A stretch of 64,000 nucleotides of DNA from positions 3,996 through 67,995 of IMG/VR virus record IMGVR_UViG_3300043449_001484; one strand, given 5' to 3'. This stretch comes from a virus. This document shows positions 63,593 to 64,000 of this stretch, one piece after another (positions within the stretch are counted from its first letter, which is position 1; each line of letters begins with the position of its first letter). The notes beneath the pieces were generated by a model that had not been told where the DNA came from, ran no database searches, and saw only the letters and a list, made by a program, of their open reading frames with translations. The position numbers were made by a program, and so were the translations under genes.

Positions 63593-63855
63593 GCCACTCT
63601 CCGAACAATCCAGATGCCGTCAATGCCAGCGGCCTGCCTAACGGCAAACCGAACGCGGTTATTTCGCTTGTACAAGGACTTTAAGGCATTGCGCACCGCG
63701 TCAGCCGCCTTCCCGCTGTCCACGACAAAGTAGTCGTTTACGATCATCCGCTTAAACGGATATCGATACCGTCCAGAAGTTGTCATTCCAAGTACATGCT
63801 TTCTTGCTTTGATGCCCTCGTAAAGGGGGCATTCGCTATCCCTTTCCCTGCTCAT
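63589..63855 (-). CDS. Small putative DNA-binding protein (partially duplicated at 1-227 by the wrap)
   Basis: YPF..M...DYF.V...F.VR....G..I.R pattern; AGGAG RBS. Confidence 0.65.
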   Translation of the reverse strand: MSRERDSECPLYEGIKARKHVLGMTTSGRYRYPFKRMIVNDYFVVDSGKAADAVRNALKSLYKRNNRVRFAVRQAAGIDGIWIVRRVA

Positions 63856-64000
63856 CTCCTTTCTCCTTTCGCGTCCAACAATTCAAAGCACTTTATAAAA
63901 GTACCCGTAAAAAATCAAGCTTTTCAGGCATTTCTGCAAATTCCTAATAGAGGTACTTCTACAAAAAAAAAAAAAAAAAAAAAAAAAAATGTCCCGCGCG
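63629..64000. repeat. Wrap-around copy of bases 1-372
   Basis: Identical to the window start. Confidence 0.97.

Noticed and set aside
1-63628. tRNA genes, integrase, alternative genetic code
   Set aside because: No cloverleaf or recombinase motifs noticed; core genes are full length under the standard code
63629-64000. 372-bp direct repeat read as a biological terminal repeat
   Set aside because: It cuts through a gene and ends exactly at the window limit; best explained by wrapping a 63,628-bp circle to fill 64,000 bases

Overview
The window is a complete circular (or circularly permuted) tailed dsDNA phage genome of 63,628 bp. Bases 63629-64000 repeat bases 1-372 exactly. The gene set is podovirus-like: portal, scaffold, Mu gpT-like major capsid, adaptor/nozzle and ejection proteins, with no recognisable tape measure, tail tube, integrase or RNA polymerase. 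The host is probably a betaproteobacterium, inferred from XRE paralogs and modular small ORFs typical of Burkholderiales phages. Almost all genes are on the minus strand. Modules: small early/middle ORFs (0.8-7.1 kb); replication (PolA with Leu762, intein-containing UvrD-like helicase, AEP primase, SSB-like protein, SNF2 helicase, PD-(D/E)XK exonuclease; 7.2-17.2 kb); ejection/tail/lysis (17-30 kb); an ADP-heptose synthesis plus glycosyltransferase operon coupled to a 28-repeat RCC1-like tail protein (30-41 kb); head genes with GroES; a 1751-aa modular protein; TerL; and an early cassette between TerL and TerS. The most notable observations are: (1) a candidate virion/tail-fibre heptosylation system; (2) a [FMY]-[AK]-x-G-G tag shared by many virion proteins and repeated between the modules of the 1751-aa protein; (3) a 58-aa ORF below the track cutoff that resembles the scaffold C-terminus; (4) a chromosomal-type parS site with no parAB genes; (5) structured leader RNAs that pair at or near their own ribosome-binding sites; (6) an origin-like region with A27 and nested inverted repeats, plus heptamer repeats and a mirror-image GC skew. 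All calls come from reading the sequence and recognising motifs; no database search was run.
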